Shown: positions 1-7,806 of the stretch, piece by piece
Numbering within the stretch: position 1 is the stretch's first letter
How the letters are laid out: the number at the start of each line of letters is the position of its first letter
IMG/VR virus record: IMGVR_UViG_3300011335_000809
Location: 51,570-115,569 of that record
Direction: 5' to 3' (one strand)
Length of the DNA stretch: 64,000 nucleotides
DNA from: a virus
The notes under the pieces: model-generated
What the model was told of the DNA's origin: nothing
Databases searched by the model: none
What the model saw: the letters and a program-made list of their open reading frames with translations, nothing else
Position numbers and translations under genes: made by a program

Positions 1-104
1 ACCCTATCCTATCTGGATCAGATTCGTCCGGGTCAGACATACAGGGGTGTATCGTGTCCCTCACGCTGTTGGACGTTTCCACCCAACACGCACATTTACT
101 AAAA

Positions 105-181
105 TGGTCGGGATGACAGGACTTGCACCTGCAACTTCCTGACTCCAGATCAGGCCGTCTCCTAATTGACAATACACCCCG
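105..181 (-). tRNA. tRNA-Pro(UGG), atypical anticodon loop (C33, A37)
   Basis: Reverse complement folds as a cloverleaf, CGGGGTG acceptor, anticodon arm CCTGA-TCTGGAG-TCAGG, encoded CCA. Confidence 0.8.
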
Positions 182-185
182 AAAA

Positions 186-293
186 TGGTCAGCGTAGTGG
201 GATTTTCACCTGTCATATAAACATCTCTTTCAAGCCACACTCATTGTTCCCGTTTCGTTGGGAAATGACTCTTTAATGTTGGTCTACACGCTG
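186..293 (-). ncRNA. tRNA-like RNA with CCA end and non-canonical expanded core
   Basis: Acceptor CAGCGTG/TACGCTG+ACCA; core is a long hairpin TCATT-TCCC..GGGA-(AC)-AATGA; T arm does not pair properly. Confidence 0.5.
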
Positions 294-302
294 ATTATAA
301 AT

Positions 303-376
303 TGGTTGGGGATGATGGAATCGAACCACCACAAGCAGATTCAAAGTCTGCCGCACTACCATTATGCAAATCCCCA
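303..376 (-). tRNA. tRNA-Gln(UUG)
   Basis: Cloverleaf, GCAGA-CTTTGAA-TCTGC, GGTTCGATTCC, CCA. Confidence 0.95.
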
Positions 377-382
377 GTTAAA

Positions 383-1225
383 TTACTTTTCATAAAGATT
401 GATAAAATCTTTTCCGTATTTTGATGTCACATAATCAATATACATCTTAATTTTGTGTTTGTCAATCACATTTAATTTAAATGGAAAAGAATTTATTTTT
501 GCTTTATTTTTATTATCTAAATAACCTTTTATTTCAAAATATTCATTTGTTGATTCAAGAATAAAGTCTGGATAAAAATTATAATTGTTATTATTGAACT
601 TATAGGGGAATCCCTCAGTATTTCTTTTAAATTTTATATTATGTTCTAAATTGAAAATTACCCACGCCAATTCCCAACTGCTATTACAATAATAACCTTT
701 ATACCATCCTTGTTTACCTCTTCCGCCTTTTTCACGATAACCTCCTCGTTTACCTTTCAAAAGTCCGTTTACTTTTACATATGTATTTCTACAAATTTGA
801 GAACAATATATCTGTTTTGATTTTTCTGTTTTTAAAAAATTGTAATTACAATGTGGACATAATATAGATTTACGTTTTTTTACTCTAATCTGTTTTTTTG
901 CTAATTCAGATAATCTTTTTTTGCCTTCTATGTCCCATTTTTTGTGACCTCCAAACTTTTGGTTTTCAATAGATGCACATTTTGTAGAACAAAATTTATT
1001 ATTTCTTCTAGAATATTCTAAATCAATATTGCAATATTCACACTTATTTGGATTTAGATTATATTTTTCTACTCTAAATAGTTTTAAACGTGGTGAAATT
1101 GTTTCTCCATTAAACTCTACAGAACATTTATTAGAACAAAAATGATTGTTAGTTCTTTTTATTTCACTTTTATATTTTAAAAACTCAATATTACATTTTT
1201 TACAATTTACTAATATTTTACTCAT
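383..1225 (-). CDS. Zinc-ribbon repeat + PD-(D/E)XK putative homing endonuclease
   Basis: Three CxxC...CSxxC modules; C-terminal SSWE..FYPDF..EIKG motif; ATG at 1225 follows TATTTATTA. Confidence 0.75.
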   Translation of the reverse strand: MSKILVNCKKCNIEFLKYKSEIKRTNNHFCSNKCSVEFNGETISPRLKLFRVEKYNLNPNKCEYCNIDLEYSRRNNKFCSTKCASIENQKFGGHKKWDIEGKKRLSELAKKQIRVKKRKSILCPHCNYNFLKTEKSKQIYCSQICRNTYVKVNGLLKGKRGGYREKGGRGKQGWYKGYYCNSSWELAWVIFNLEHNIKFKRNTEGFPYKFNNNNYNFYPDFILESTNEYFEIKGYLDNKNKAKINSFPFKLNVIDKHKIKMYIDYVTSKYGKDFINLYEK

Positions 1226-1287
1226 ACTAATAAATAGTAATTTTGGAGCGTAAAATGAATTTTGAATCAAAATATTTTGTTTGATTC

Positions 1288-1362
1288 TGGTGCAGTAGGA
1301 GAGAATTGAACTCTCATTTCAAGTTTGGAAGACTCACGTAATAGCCATTATACCACTACTGC
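1288..1362 (-). tRNA. tRNA-Gly(UCC)
   Basis: Cloverleaf, TGAGT-CTTCCAA-ACTTG, CCA. Confidence 0.93.
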
Positions 1363-1447
1363 ATTTTAATAAATTATTAGATGTTCAGTCATCAAATATT
1401 TGATGTGTACTATGAACCACGGACAGGTAATCTAATTTCTCATAGCG

Positions 1448-1537
1448 CGGAGGCGAAGGGTGCTGCCCCCTCAGTGGCTTTTAGACCACGGCAGTTTAGC
1501 AAACTGCTGTAGAAACCTGACTATCTACGTCACCTCC
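1448..1537 (-). tRNA. tRNA-Ser(GCU)
   Basis: GCAGT-TTGCTAA-ACTGC, long variable arm, G discriminator, no encoded CCA. Confidence 0.9.
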
Positions 1538-1625
1538 ATAAAATCTTTTGACAAACTCCGATTTCTTCAAGAGACGATATTATCAGTCTTCGGTTCCATT
1601 GTCAAGTGGAGTTGTATTAAAAGAG

Positions 1626-1709
1626 CGGAAGCAGTAGGACTCGCACCTACGAGGGTTTATGGCCCCAGGCGTTTTCAAGACGCTTTCCTCGACTAACCGG
1701 ACTACTTCC
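1626..1709 (-). tRNA. tRNA-Ser(UGA)
   Basis: AGCGT-CTTGAAA-ACGCC, long variable arm. Confidence 0.9.
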
Positions 1710-1724
1710 ATATAAATTAAAAAT

Positions 1725-1809
1725 TGGTGGGCATAGAGGGACTTGAACCCCCACGGATTTCTCCACGAGCTTCTAAAGCTCGAACGGCTGCCAATTACGT
1801 CATATGCCC
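1725..1809 (-). tRNA. tRNA-Leu(UAG)
   Basis: CGAGC-TTTAGAA-GCTCG, long variable arm, CCA. Confidence 0.95.
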
Positions 1810-1816
1810 AATAAAA

Positions 1817-1892
1817 TGGTCGGCTCGGTGCGACTCGAACGCACAATATCTTGTACCCAAAACAAGCGGAATAGCCATTATCCTACGAACCG
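1817..1892 (-). tRNA. tRNA-Pro(UGG)
   Basis: CTTGT-TTTGGGT-ACAAG, CGG start, CCA. Confidence 0.93.
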
Positions 1893-1902
1893 ATATTAAA
1901 AA

Positions 1903-1978
1903 TGGTAGGTGGTATAGGATTTAAACCTATGACATTTTGCGTGTAAAGCAAATGCTCTATCAACTGAGCTAACCACCC
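1903..1978 (-). tRNA. tRNA-Val(UAC)
   Basis: TTTGC-TTTACAC-GCAAA, CCA. Confidence 0.95.
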
Positions 1979-2010
1979 GTTTAAAAATTGTTATATACTT
2001 TATTTTAATT

Positions 2011-2119
2011 ATCGCCAGATGGGTTCTGTATTTCAGCATAACACCCAGTGACCGATCAAATGTTTTAACTTATGTTGGGGACATCAGATAGAGTTTCAAC
2101 CCCGTTCGTTATATTTCTA
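2011..2119 (-). ncRNA. Structured RNA at head of tRNA array 1 (homolog at 12046-12187)
   Basis: Shares GGTGTTATGCTGAAATACAGAACC and TTGAAACTC.ATCTG with the second copy, with compensatory stem changes. Confidence 0.7.
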
Positions 2120-2146
2120 ATTTACCATACTTCGTCAAATTGTCAA
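2119..2146 (-). promoter_or_regulatory. sigma70-type promoter
   Basis: TTGACA-N16-TAAATT with extended -10 TG. Confidence 0.7.
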
Positions 2147-2155
2147 CCATTAAAA

Positions 2156-2191
2156 TCAAAAACCCGTCATTCTTTTTAAAAGTGACGGGTT
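2156..2191 (-). terminator. Intrinsic terminator of attenuator 1
   Basis: AACCCGTCA..TGACGGGTT hairpin followed by a U tract. Confidence 0.85.
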
Positions 2192-2218
2192 GTATATTTT
2201 TAGCAAACAACCACTCAC

Positions 2219-2272
2219 TCAACTTCCGGATGGGAGTTGACTGGCTTGACTAGGTTGTGAAATTAAATTCAT
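2219..2272 (-). CDS. Leader peptide MNLISQPSQASQLPSGS (putative attenuator of tRNA array 1)
   Basis: 17-codon ORF just upstream of antiterminator/terminator; rich in S/Q/P/L/G, matching downstream tRNAs. Confidence 0.75.
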   Translation of the reverse strand: MNLISQPSQASQLPSGS

Positions 2273-2350
2273 ATTCGTACTAATATATAGTGTTTGAAAT
2301 TATAAATCAACAAAATTATTTAATAATTTTCAAATAAACTTCATTAAATT

Positions 2351-3304
2351 TTAGGATACTTTCTCAAATCCCGTCATATTAATTACGTTCAGGTTTTGAC
2401 CAATAATAGCCTCTACTTGAGTTTTTCTACTGAGTAACCAAGCAAATGATCCAACTTTATACCACGCGCCCAATAGTGCCAATTCACTACCTACCTGCAC
2501 AAATATTGGATTTCCAGAATCACCACCTCTTTGTGTCTCATAATACGACTGTGATGTGCCAAATACTGAAGCTTCTACATCAGCAACTGCATCAATTAAT
2601 CGGGTCATATCTCCAATTGAAACTTTTTTGTCTTGATTGAGGAACAAAACAGGTAACCGTAAAGTTATGAATTGGACCCCCATCACACTATTAATTTCAG
2701 TTTTGATGTATTGTTGCCAGTTGTCTGGTAATACTGAATATATCTTCAGACTACTATCAATTGATTGATCAAGAGTTCCAATTGCAATATCACTTCCATC
2801 AATCTTGTCGATCTTGATGATGTTGTATTTGAAGGTCACATTGTTATCGTTAACAAAAAAGATTTCTGAATTTGGCAAATAAGGAACGTGTGCAGACAAT
2901 AAGACATGTTTATTAGTAATAAGAGTTCCACCTCCAACACCACCGAGGCCATTTATACCAGCTGCAGTGCCTGTCCATTTATAAGATATCACCCAAGAAG
3001 CAGAATTTCGAACCCAAGAAAAAGTAGATTGGATAAACGCACTGAATAAACTACGGTCTTTGCTGGTCGCCATCATTTTGATCAGTGTGGATTTGATATT
3101 AGATACCCAGTTAGTACGTACACTACCACTACTACCACTACTACCACCTATACCGCTACTACCAACTGTTTTACTAGATATCACTTTTGGTAACAATGCA
3201 TTAGATATAAGTTTAGTTACTACAGATGTTGATTGAAGAATTATTGTTTTTAATGAGGAAGTGCCTATTCCGCTACTACCACTTGATCCACTTGTCGATG
3301 CCAT
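2351..3304 (-). CDS. Trypsin-like serine protease with Gly/Ser-rich N-terminus
   Basis: GGGTLI..HVLLSAH, DIAIG, GDSGNP catalytic triad motifs. Confidence 0.8.
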   Translation of the reverse strand: MASTSGSSGSSGIGTSSLKTIILQSTSVVTKLISNALLPKVISSKTVGSSGIGGSSGSSGSVRTNWVSNIKSTLIKMMATSKDRSLFSAFIQSTFSWVRNSASWVISYKWTGTAAGINGLGGVGGGTLITNKHVLLSAHVPYLPNSEIFFVNDNNVTFKYNIIKIDKIDGSDIAIGTLDQSIDSSLKIYSVLPDNWQQYIKTEINSVMGVQFITLRLPVLFLNQDKKVSIGDMTRLIDAVADVEASVFGTSQSYYETQRGGDSGNPIFVQVGSELALLGAWYKVGSFAWLLSRKTQVEAIIGQNLNVINMTGFEKVS

Positions 3305-3339
3305 AAAATAAACCTTTCGTTAATTATAAATAGGTCATA

Positions 3340-3370
3340 AAAATAAAAAACCCGCTTATTTCTAAGCGGG
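3340..3370 (-). terminator. Intrinsic terminator
   Basis: CCCGCTTA..TAAGCGGG + U tract. Confidence 0.8.
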
Positions 3371-3395
3371 ATTATATACACTATTTTAGTTTAGA

Positions 3396-4094
3396 TTAAA
3401 ATGTCAATCTCAAACCGCCGGAATATACTACATCGCCACTAAGTTCACGGGTAGCCCAATTATATTTAGTAGCATTAAAATTGTTGTCATACCATCCAGC
3501 ACTTGCAAATGGAGTCAATACACCAAATGAAGTTTCAAAAGGACGAGTCACTGACAACTTTGCATTTACAGCTGTATAGTCTTCTACCTTACCATATTCA
3601 ACAGCAGGAGTTACAACAAATCCAAATGGAAGTTTTTGAGCACGTTCTGCGCCAATAAACACACCACTTTGTTTCAAGTCTACATCATAAAATCCACGAA
3701 GATATGGTGTTACAAACTTATTTGGCAAAGCCAATTTAACACCAAATTCAGTACTATTTGGAATACCAAAGTTACCTGCTTGGTGACGAGTTACAGTTGT
3801 ATCCAATCGTGCGGAAAATACATCCTTCCATACGTTTACTTCCTTGCCAGCACCCAGCGTCCAATGCGACTGATCTAGATCACCATTAGCCAATAGAGTA
3901 CCACCCAAGTATACATCTGCATACTTCAGACTCTTTACAGCACCTACACCAACAAATGCTGCGCCTTCAGAACGAGATACACCATTGACGATGTATTGGT
4001 TGTTATACCCAGCTTCAACTGAGATGTTTGAGGTGTCGCCTGCAGATACAGCCAAAGCGGCCAATACTGACAATAATACTAATACTTTCTTCAT
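3396..4094 (-). CDS. Outer-membrane beta-barrel protein (TIGR02001/putative porin-like)
   Basis: Signal peptide, Y.NQYI..GVSR motif, alternating beta strands, C-terminal Phe. Confidence 0.7.
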   Translation of the reverse strand: MKKVLVLLSVLAALAVSAGDTSNISVEAGYNNQYIVNGVSRSEGAAFVGVGAVKSLKYADVYLGGTLLANGDLDQSHWTLGAGKEVNVWKDVFSARLDTTVTRHQAGNFGIPNSTEFGVKLALPNKFVTPYLRGFYDVDLKQSGVFIGAERAQKLPFGFVVTPAVEYGKVEDYTAVNAKLSVTRPFETSFGVLTPFASAGWYDNNFNATKYNWATRELSGDVVYSGGLRLTF

Positions 4095-4250
4095 ATTTAA
4101 CTATCCTTTATTTTGTTTATTTATGTTTACTACCCACGTTAAGAACAGCTTAACGTTTATTTTGAAAAGACACTAAAATGTACTTTTCAGAATAATTTTT
4201 TATCAACTAATATATAGTTTTTATAATCTTATTATAACTAATTTATTTAG

Positions 4251-4571
4251 TCAAACAGATTTTACCTTCTTGAGACGCTTGTTCAAAATCTTATCTTTTT
4301 CAGGCAAATAAACGTAAGAAGCCTTTAAACTACGTTTACTTTCACCCAAAATAGACAACGTTTCTTCGTGAACGTCTAATGTTTCTAGTATTGTGCTCTT
4401 TACAAATCTAAAACTATCAGTGCCTACAACATCAATACAGATACCATATGATAGATCTCTATATTGAACATCTGTTGCACCATACTTTGTACACAATACA
4501 TCCTTGATTTTAGCCTTCTTGTCATTACTAAAGACTAAATTCGCCATATCAATTTTACTTAGTTCATTCAT
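4251..4571 (-). CDS. hypothetical protein
   Basis: ORF directly after a consensus promoter. Confidence 0.7.
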   Translation of the reverse strand: MNELSKIDMANLVFSNDKKAKIKDVLCTKYGATDVQYRDLSYGICIDVVGTDSFRFVKSTILETLDVHEETLSILGESKRSLKASYVYLPEKDKILNKRLKKVKSV

Positions 4572-4582
4572 ACTATACTTTT

Positions 4583-4610
4583 ATTATACTTGTTAACGGT
4601 TGATTGTCAA
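4583..4610 (-). promoter_or_regulatory. Consensus sigma70 promoter
   Basis: TTGACA-N16-TATAAT. Confidence 0.85.
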
Positions 4611-4674
4611 TAAAAAATAAAACGATTAATTTTTACATCAATCGTTTTACTCCATTTAAATTTAAATCTATTTT

Positions 4675-5088
4675 TTACTTCTTTTTAAGCTTACCCATAA
4701 GCTTTTTGAGTTTGTCAGGCTGATGTGCTTGTAACCATTTAAAATAATCTTCCTTCTCTCTACGTGAAAGCTCACTGTCTCTATAAAGACCAGCATACTT
4801 CTTTACAATATCTCTAAAAGGATCTCCACTTTCATTTGTCTTCTTAAGTCTATCTATCTTGGATTTCAACATTTTCTTATAATTATCCAAAGAACCATAA
4901 TCTTTTGCTCTACTTGGATCTGGATTTTTTAACAACTTTTCCAAGTCAGCAATATCTTTATTCTTATCATTTTCAGAAAGATGTGCGGTTAATTCATCAC
5001 TTTCAACTTCAGCAGCATTATCAAAATCTTCGTTTAATACTTCTCTTGTCAAACTTTTAATTAACTTCTTTAAATCATTTTTAGTCAT
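4675..5088 (-). CDS. hypothetical protein with MTKxxLKxLI..E N-terminus
   Basis: ORF preceded by TATTTATA motif. Confidence 0.75.
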   Translation of the reverse strand: MTKNDLKKLIKSLTREVLNEDFDNAAEVESDELTAHLSENDKNKDIADLEKLLKNPDPSRAKDYGSLDNYKKMLKSKIDRLKKTNESGDPFRDIVKKYAGLYRDSELSRREKEDYFKWLQAHQPDKLKKLMGKLKKK

Positions 5089-5123
5089 ATGTTATAAATA
5101 TAAATATTATTAATTAGCTACAT

Positions 5124-5294
5124 TTATTTTTCTTTTATACTATCACTCCAACCATTTCTATGTTTAAACATCCAATCCACTAACGCGGTCTCAAATCCTA
5201 TATCAGTCCCTCTTTTTTCACTCTCTATCCATTTGTGTATTTCTATCTCATTTTTTAATTGAAGAAACTTTTGATAGAGATTTGATTCGTTCAT
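5124..5294 (-). CDS. 56-aa DUF4032-like small protein (not in ORF track)
   Basis: MNESNLYQKF..EIEIHKWIESEKRGTDIGFETALVDWMFKHRNGW resembles small HKW.ESEK.G.DIGF proteins I recall from Verrucomicrobiota. Confidence 0.7.
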   Translation of the reverse strand: MNESNLYQKFLQLKNEIEIHKWIESEKRGTDIGFETALVDWMFKHRNGWSDSIKEK

Positions 5295-5313
5295 ACACAA
5301 ATAAATAGTATGA

Positions 5314-5784
5314 TTATTTAAGCGGTATATACAAATCTCCTGTTAATCCTTTTTGAGTTAAATAATTAGCATCGCTAATCGCTAACGGACTCTTAATATA
5401 ACCATATTTTTTACTCAATATTTTACGTAGTTCGTTACCAGCTAATTGTATCAAATCTAATTGTTCTTGTCCACCACTATTTTTAATTTTACCAGCAAGT
5501 CCAAACGGTAACATACGTTCATATTGTTTATACAAATTAATTATATCATTATAATGCGGCAACTCCAAGACAGGCCCTTTTAACTTAGTAGTTATTATTT
5601 GTTTACCAAATCGTTTAGCTACTTCTAAATTATCCGTATGATTTGCTCCCAATGTAGCCACTAACTTGTCACCTGGCTTGGTGCTGTTGATACCCAACCC
5701 AACATTACCATACGCAGGATTAACACCTCTATACACAGTCAATCCACCTGATTCTTCTTTCAATAAATCTTTTAATAATATCAT
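5314..5784 (-). CDS. hypothetical protein, possible ADP-ribosyltransferase-like fold
   Basis: MILLKDLLKE start; LTVYRG..HTD..EVAKRFG pattern. Confidence 0.55.
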   Translation of the reverse strand: MILLKDLLKEESGGLTVYRGVNPAYGNVGLGINSTKPGDKLVATLGANHTDNLEVAKRFGKQIITTKLKGPVLELPHYNDIINLYKQYERMLPFGLAGKIKNSGGQEQLDLIQLAGNELRKILSKKYGYIKSPLAISDANYLTQKGLTGDLYIPLK

Positions 5785-5806
5785 ATAGTAATAAATATAT
5801 AAAAAA

Positions 5807-5897
5807 TGGAGCACGATCAAGGTTACGCTCCTTGCATATGTACTTTCATACAACGATGTTTTGCAGACATCTCAGTTCTCTAGCTCCGTCATCGTGC
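5807..5897 (-). tRNA. tRNA-Cys(GCA) with long variable arm
   Basis: GCACGAT/ATCGTGC acceptor, U73+CCA, GATGT-CTGCAAA-ACATC, variable stem TGTAT-GAAA-GTACA. Confidence 0.85.
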
Positions 5898-5927
5898 TTT
5901 AAAAATGGAACCTATATAGGCATTAAA

Positions 5928-6731
5928 TCATTCAGTATCATTTGTACCAAAAATACGCTTCCAAATTCCTATTCTTTTAGGTTTTACTTCGGATTTTTCT
6001 TCTTTAGGTTGATTATCTTTGTCCAACTTAATGTGAACAGTTCGATTAGACATCCGCATCAATACCTCTGCACCTTTTGGCCACTCTCCCAATTTGTTCT
6101 TAAATTCATATCCATCTTTTTTCAGATTTACTCTCAAATTTTGAGTCAAAAGAGCATTTTCTTTCTTCAACTCTTCTATGATCTTTTCATACTCTACTAT
6201 CTTGTTCTTCAAAAAATCTCGTTCCTTTGTAAGCAATTCAATCTTAGATACAAGCTCATTTTGATCTTTATCAGTCTTTGCAACTTTAAGTTCATCACTC
6301 AAATCTACAATCTCTTTGGTCATACTAACAAGCGTATTGCGCAACGACTTTAAATCAGATTCAAGTGCAGATTTTTCTTGTGTCAAATCTTTGATCTTAA
6401 CATCTTTTTCATCAGATGATACTTTCAACTGTTCAGTAATACTATTTAATTGAGTCATATTAGTATACAATATACTCAACTTATTATCATAACTCTTCAA
6501 TAATACAGATAACTCCGTATTCTTTTGATTTAAATTGGTAATCAATAAACTTTGATTTACAACAATCTCTGTCTGGTTAACAACTTTCTTAGTTAACGCT
6601 TTATTATCTATATTCAATGAACTAAATAATGTATATAATCCAAAAGTTATTAATACAATTACAGCAATTATAACATATAATATCTTTTTATTAGTAACCG
6701 AAAATGTTTGGGGAGCGTTTGTAGATTCCAT
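5928..6731 (-). CDS. Membrane-anchored coiled-coil protein
   Basis: N-terminal TM helix, long heptad region. Confidence 0.75.
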   Translation of the reverse strand: MESTNAPQTFSVTNKKILYVIIAVIVLITFGLYTLFSSLNIDNKALTKKVVNQTEIVVNQSLLITNLNQKNTELSVLLKSYDNKLSILYTNMTQLNSITEQLKVSSDEKDVKIKDLTQEKSALESDLKSLRNTLVSMTKEIVDLSDELKVAKTDKDQNELVSKIELLTKERDFLKNKIVEYEKIIEELKKENALLTQNLRVNLKKDGYEFKNKLGEWPKGAEVLMRMSNRTVHIKLDKDNQPKEEKSEVKPKRIGIWKRIFGTNDTE

Positions 6732-6797
6732 AAATTTATTTTATTATATATATAATCCACTGACATTTAAATATTTTTTTAAAATATAATATCAAAG

Positions 6798-7277
6798 TTA
6801 CCAAGCCCTACATGACCAATATCTCGCTTTAGTACGTGGACCAGGATTATCACAATTGTGTCTTGCTCTAAAATTTTTTCTACGTGCTGGATTATTCTTT
6901 TTTATGGCCATTCTTTTACCTTTAGCTGAAGATCCACCAAATCCAAAATTTACCTTAACCACTTTTCCGTTGGGATTTTTAACGTATACTTTAGATTTCT
7001 TAACATCACCTTGCATTGGTTTACCAAGGATCACTTTACGACCATGATATTCTGCTTCACATAATGGTTGATTATATTCTCGCATGAATTGAACAAATTC
7101 TTTTACATCTCGTTCACTTTCAACATCATATTCTTCTATATTGTCTTCATCTACAAAACCTTCTTTTTTAACACAGTTTGGTACCATTCTTCCGCCTTTT
7201 TCTTTCATACCAATTTGTTTATAAGAGTCCCAACACGCCTCTTCAATCTCATTTAAAAGTTCTTTTAACTTAATCAT
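6798..7277 (-). CDS. Conserved phage hypothetical protein
   Basis: CW..YKQ.G.K.K.G..VPNCV and RRK.FRARH.C..PG..TKARYWSCR.W motifs. Confidence 0.8.
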   Translation of the reverse strand: MIKLKELLNEIEEACWDSYKQIGMKEKGGRMVPNCVKKEGFVDEDNIEEYDVESERDVKEFVQFMREYNQPLCEAEYHGRKVILGKPMQGDVKKSKVYVKNPNGKVVKVNFGFGGSSAKGKRMAIKKNNPARRKNFRARHNCDNPGPRTKARYWSCRAW

Positions 7278-7316
7278 ATCTATAAATATACAAATTAAAA
7301 TAAAACGTTTTAAAAA

Positions 7317-7512
7317 TGGCGATAGAGTTGGGAATCAAACCCAAACCTCAAGTTTTATTACCTTACTGGAGTTTATCGACGTGACAATCATAAGAATAAT
7401 ACATCTAAAATATAGGTTATTCCATAGTCGTCGTTTACATTTACCCAAATAAATTTGGATCATCCCAGCTACAGCTAACCTCTGTAACGTGCTTTCATTA
7501 CACTACTCTATC
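7317..7512 (-). ncRNA. tRNA-like RNA with ~115-nt structured variable-arm insertion
   Basis: Acceptor GATAGAG/CTCTATC+GCCA, D arm, TACAG-AGGTTAG-CTGTA arm, T arm TTGGG-TTTGATT-CCCAA. Confidence 0.7.
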
Positions 7513-7518
7513 ATAAAA

Positions 7519-7595
7519 TGGCGCACCCGGAGGGACTCTAACCCCCAACCTTTCCGGTAGAAACGGATGGCTCTATACAATTGAGCTACGAGTGC
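7519..7595 (-). tRNA. tRNA-Arg(UCU)
   Basis: TCCG-TTTCTAC-CGGA, CCA. Confidence 0.9.
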
Positions 7596-7602
7596 GTTAA
7601 AA

Positions 7603-7665
7603 TGGTTAGTAACTGTTCTCACCAGTGATCACTGAGTAAAAGGAATTGAACCCAACAATTACTAA
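7603..7665 (-). ncRNA. Small CCA-ended hairpin RNA with T-arm
   Basis: 12-bp terminal stem TTAGTAATTGTT/AACAGTTACTAA+CCA enclosing GGGTTCAATTCC and a second hairpin. Confidence 0.55.
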
Positions 7666-7672
7666 CAAAAAA

Positions 7673-7750
7673 TGGTTGTCCCGATTGGATTTGAACCAAC
7701 GACCTTTGTGTTATCAACACACTGCTCTAAACCAACTGAGCTACGGGACA
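7673..7750 (-). tRNA. tRNA-Ile(GAU)
   Basis: TGTG-TTGATAA-CACA, CCA. Confidence 0.93.
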
Positions 7751-7806
7751 ATTGAAAAATAATAATTTTGGCGATATTAAACATTCTCGTTCATATTTAT
7801 AATTGT

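Noticed and set aside
1460-1924. ORFs 1460, 1583, 1724 (and 8891, 10225, 10367, 11514, 11832, 12095)
   Set aside because: Shadow frames over tRNA/ncRNA genes
2011-2119. Hammerhead ribozyme (CTGATG...GAAA)
   Set aside because: CUGAUGA core incomplete and not conserved in the second copy (CTGTTGA); stems do not fit
7317-7512. tmRNA or group I intron-containing tRNA
   Set aside because: No Ala acceptor identity (G3:U70) or tag ORF; has a full D arm; insert too short and lacks recognisable P7 core
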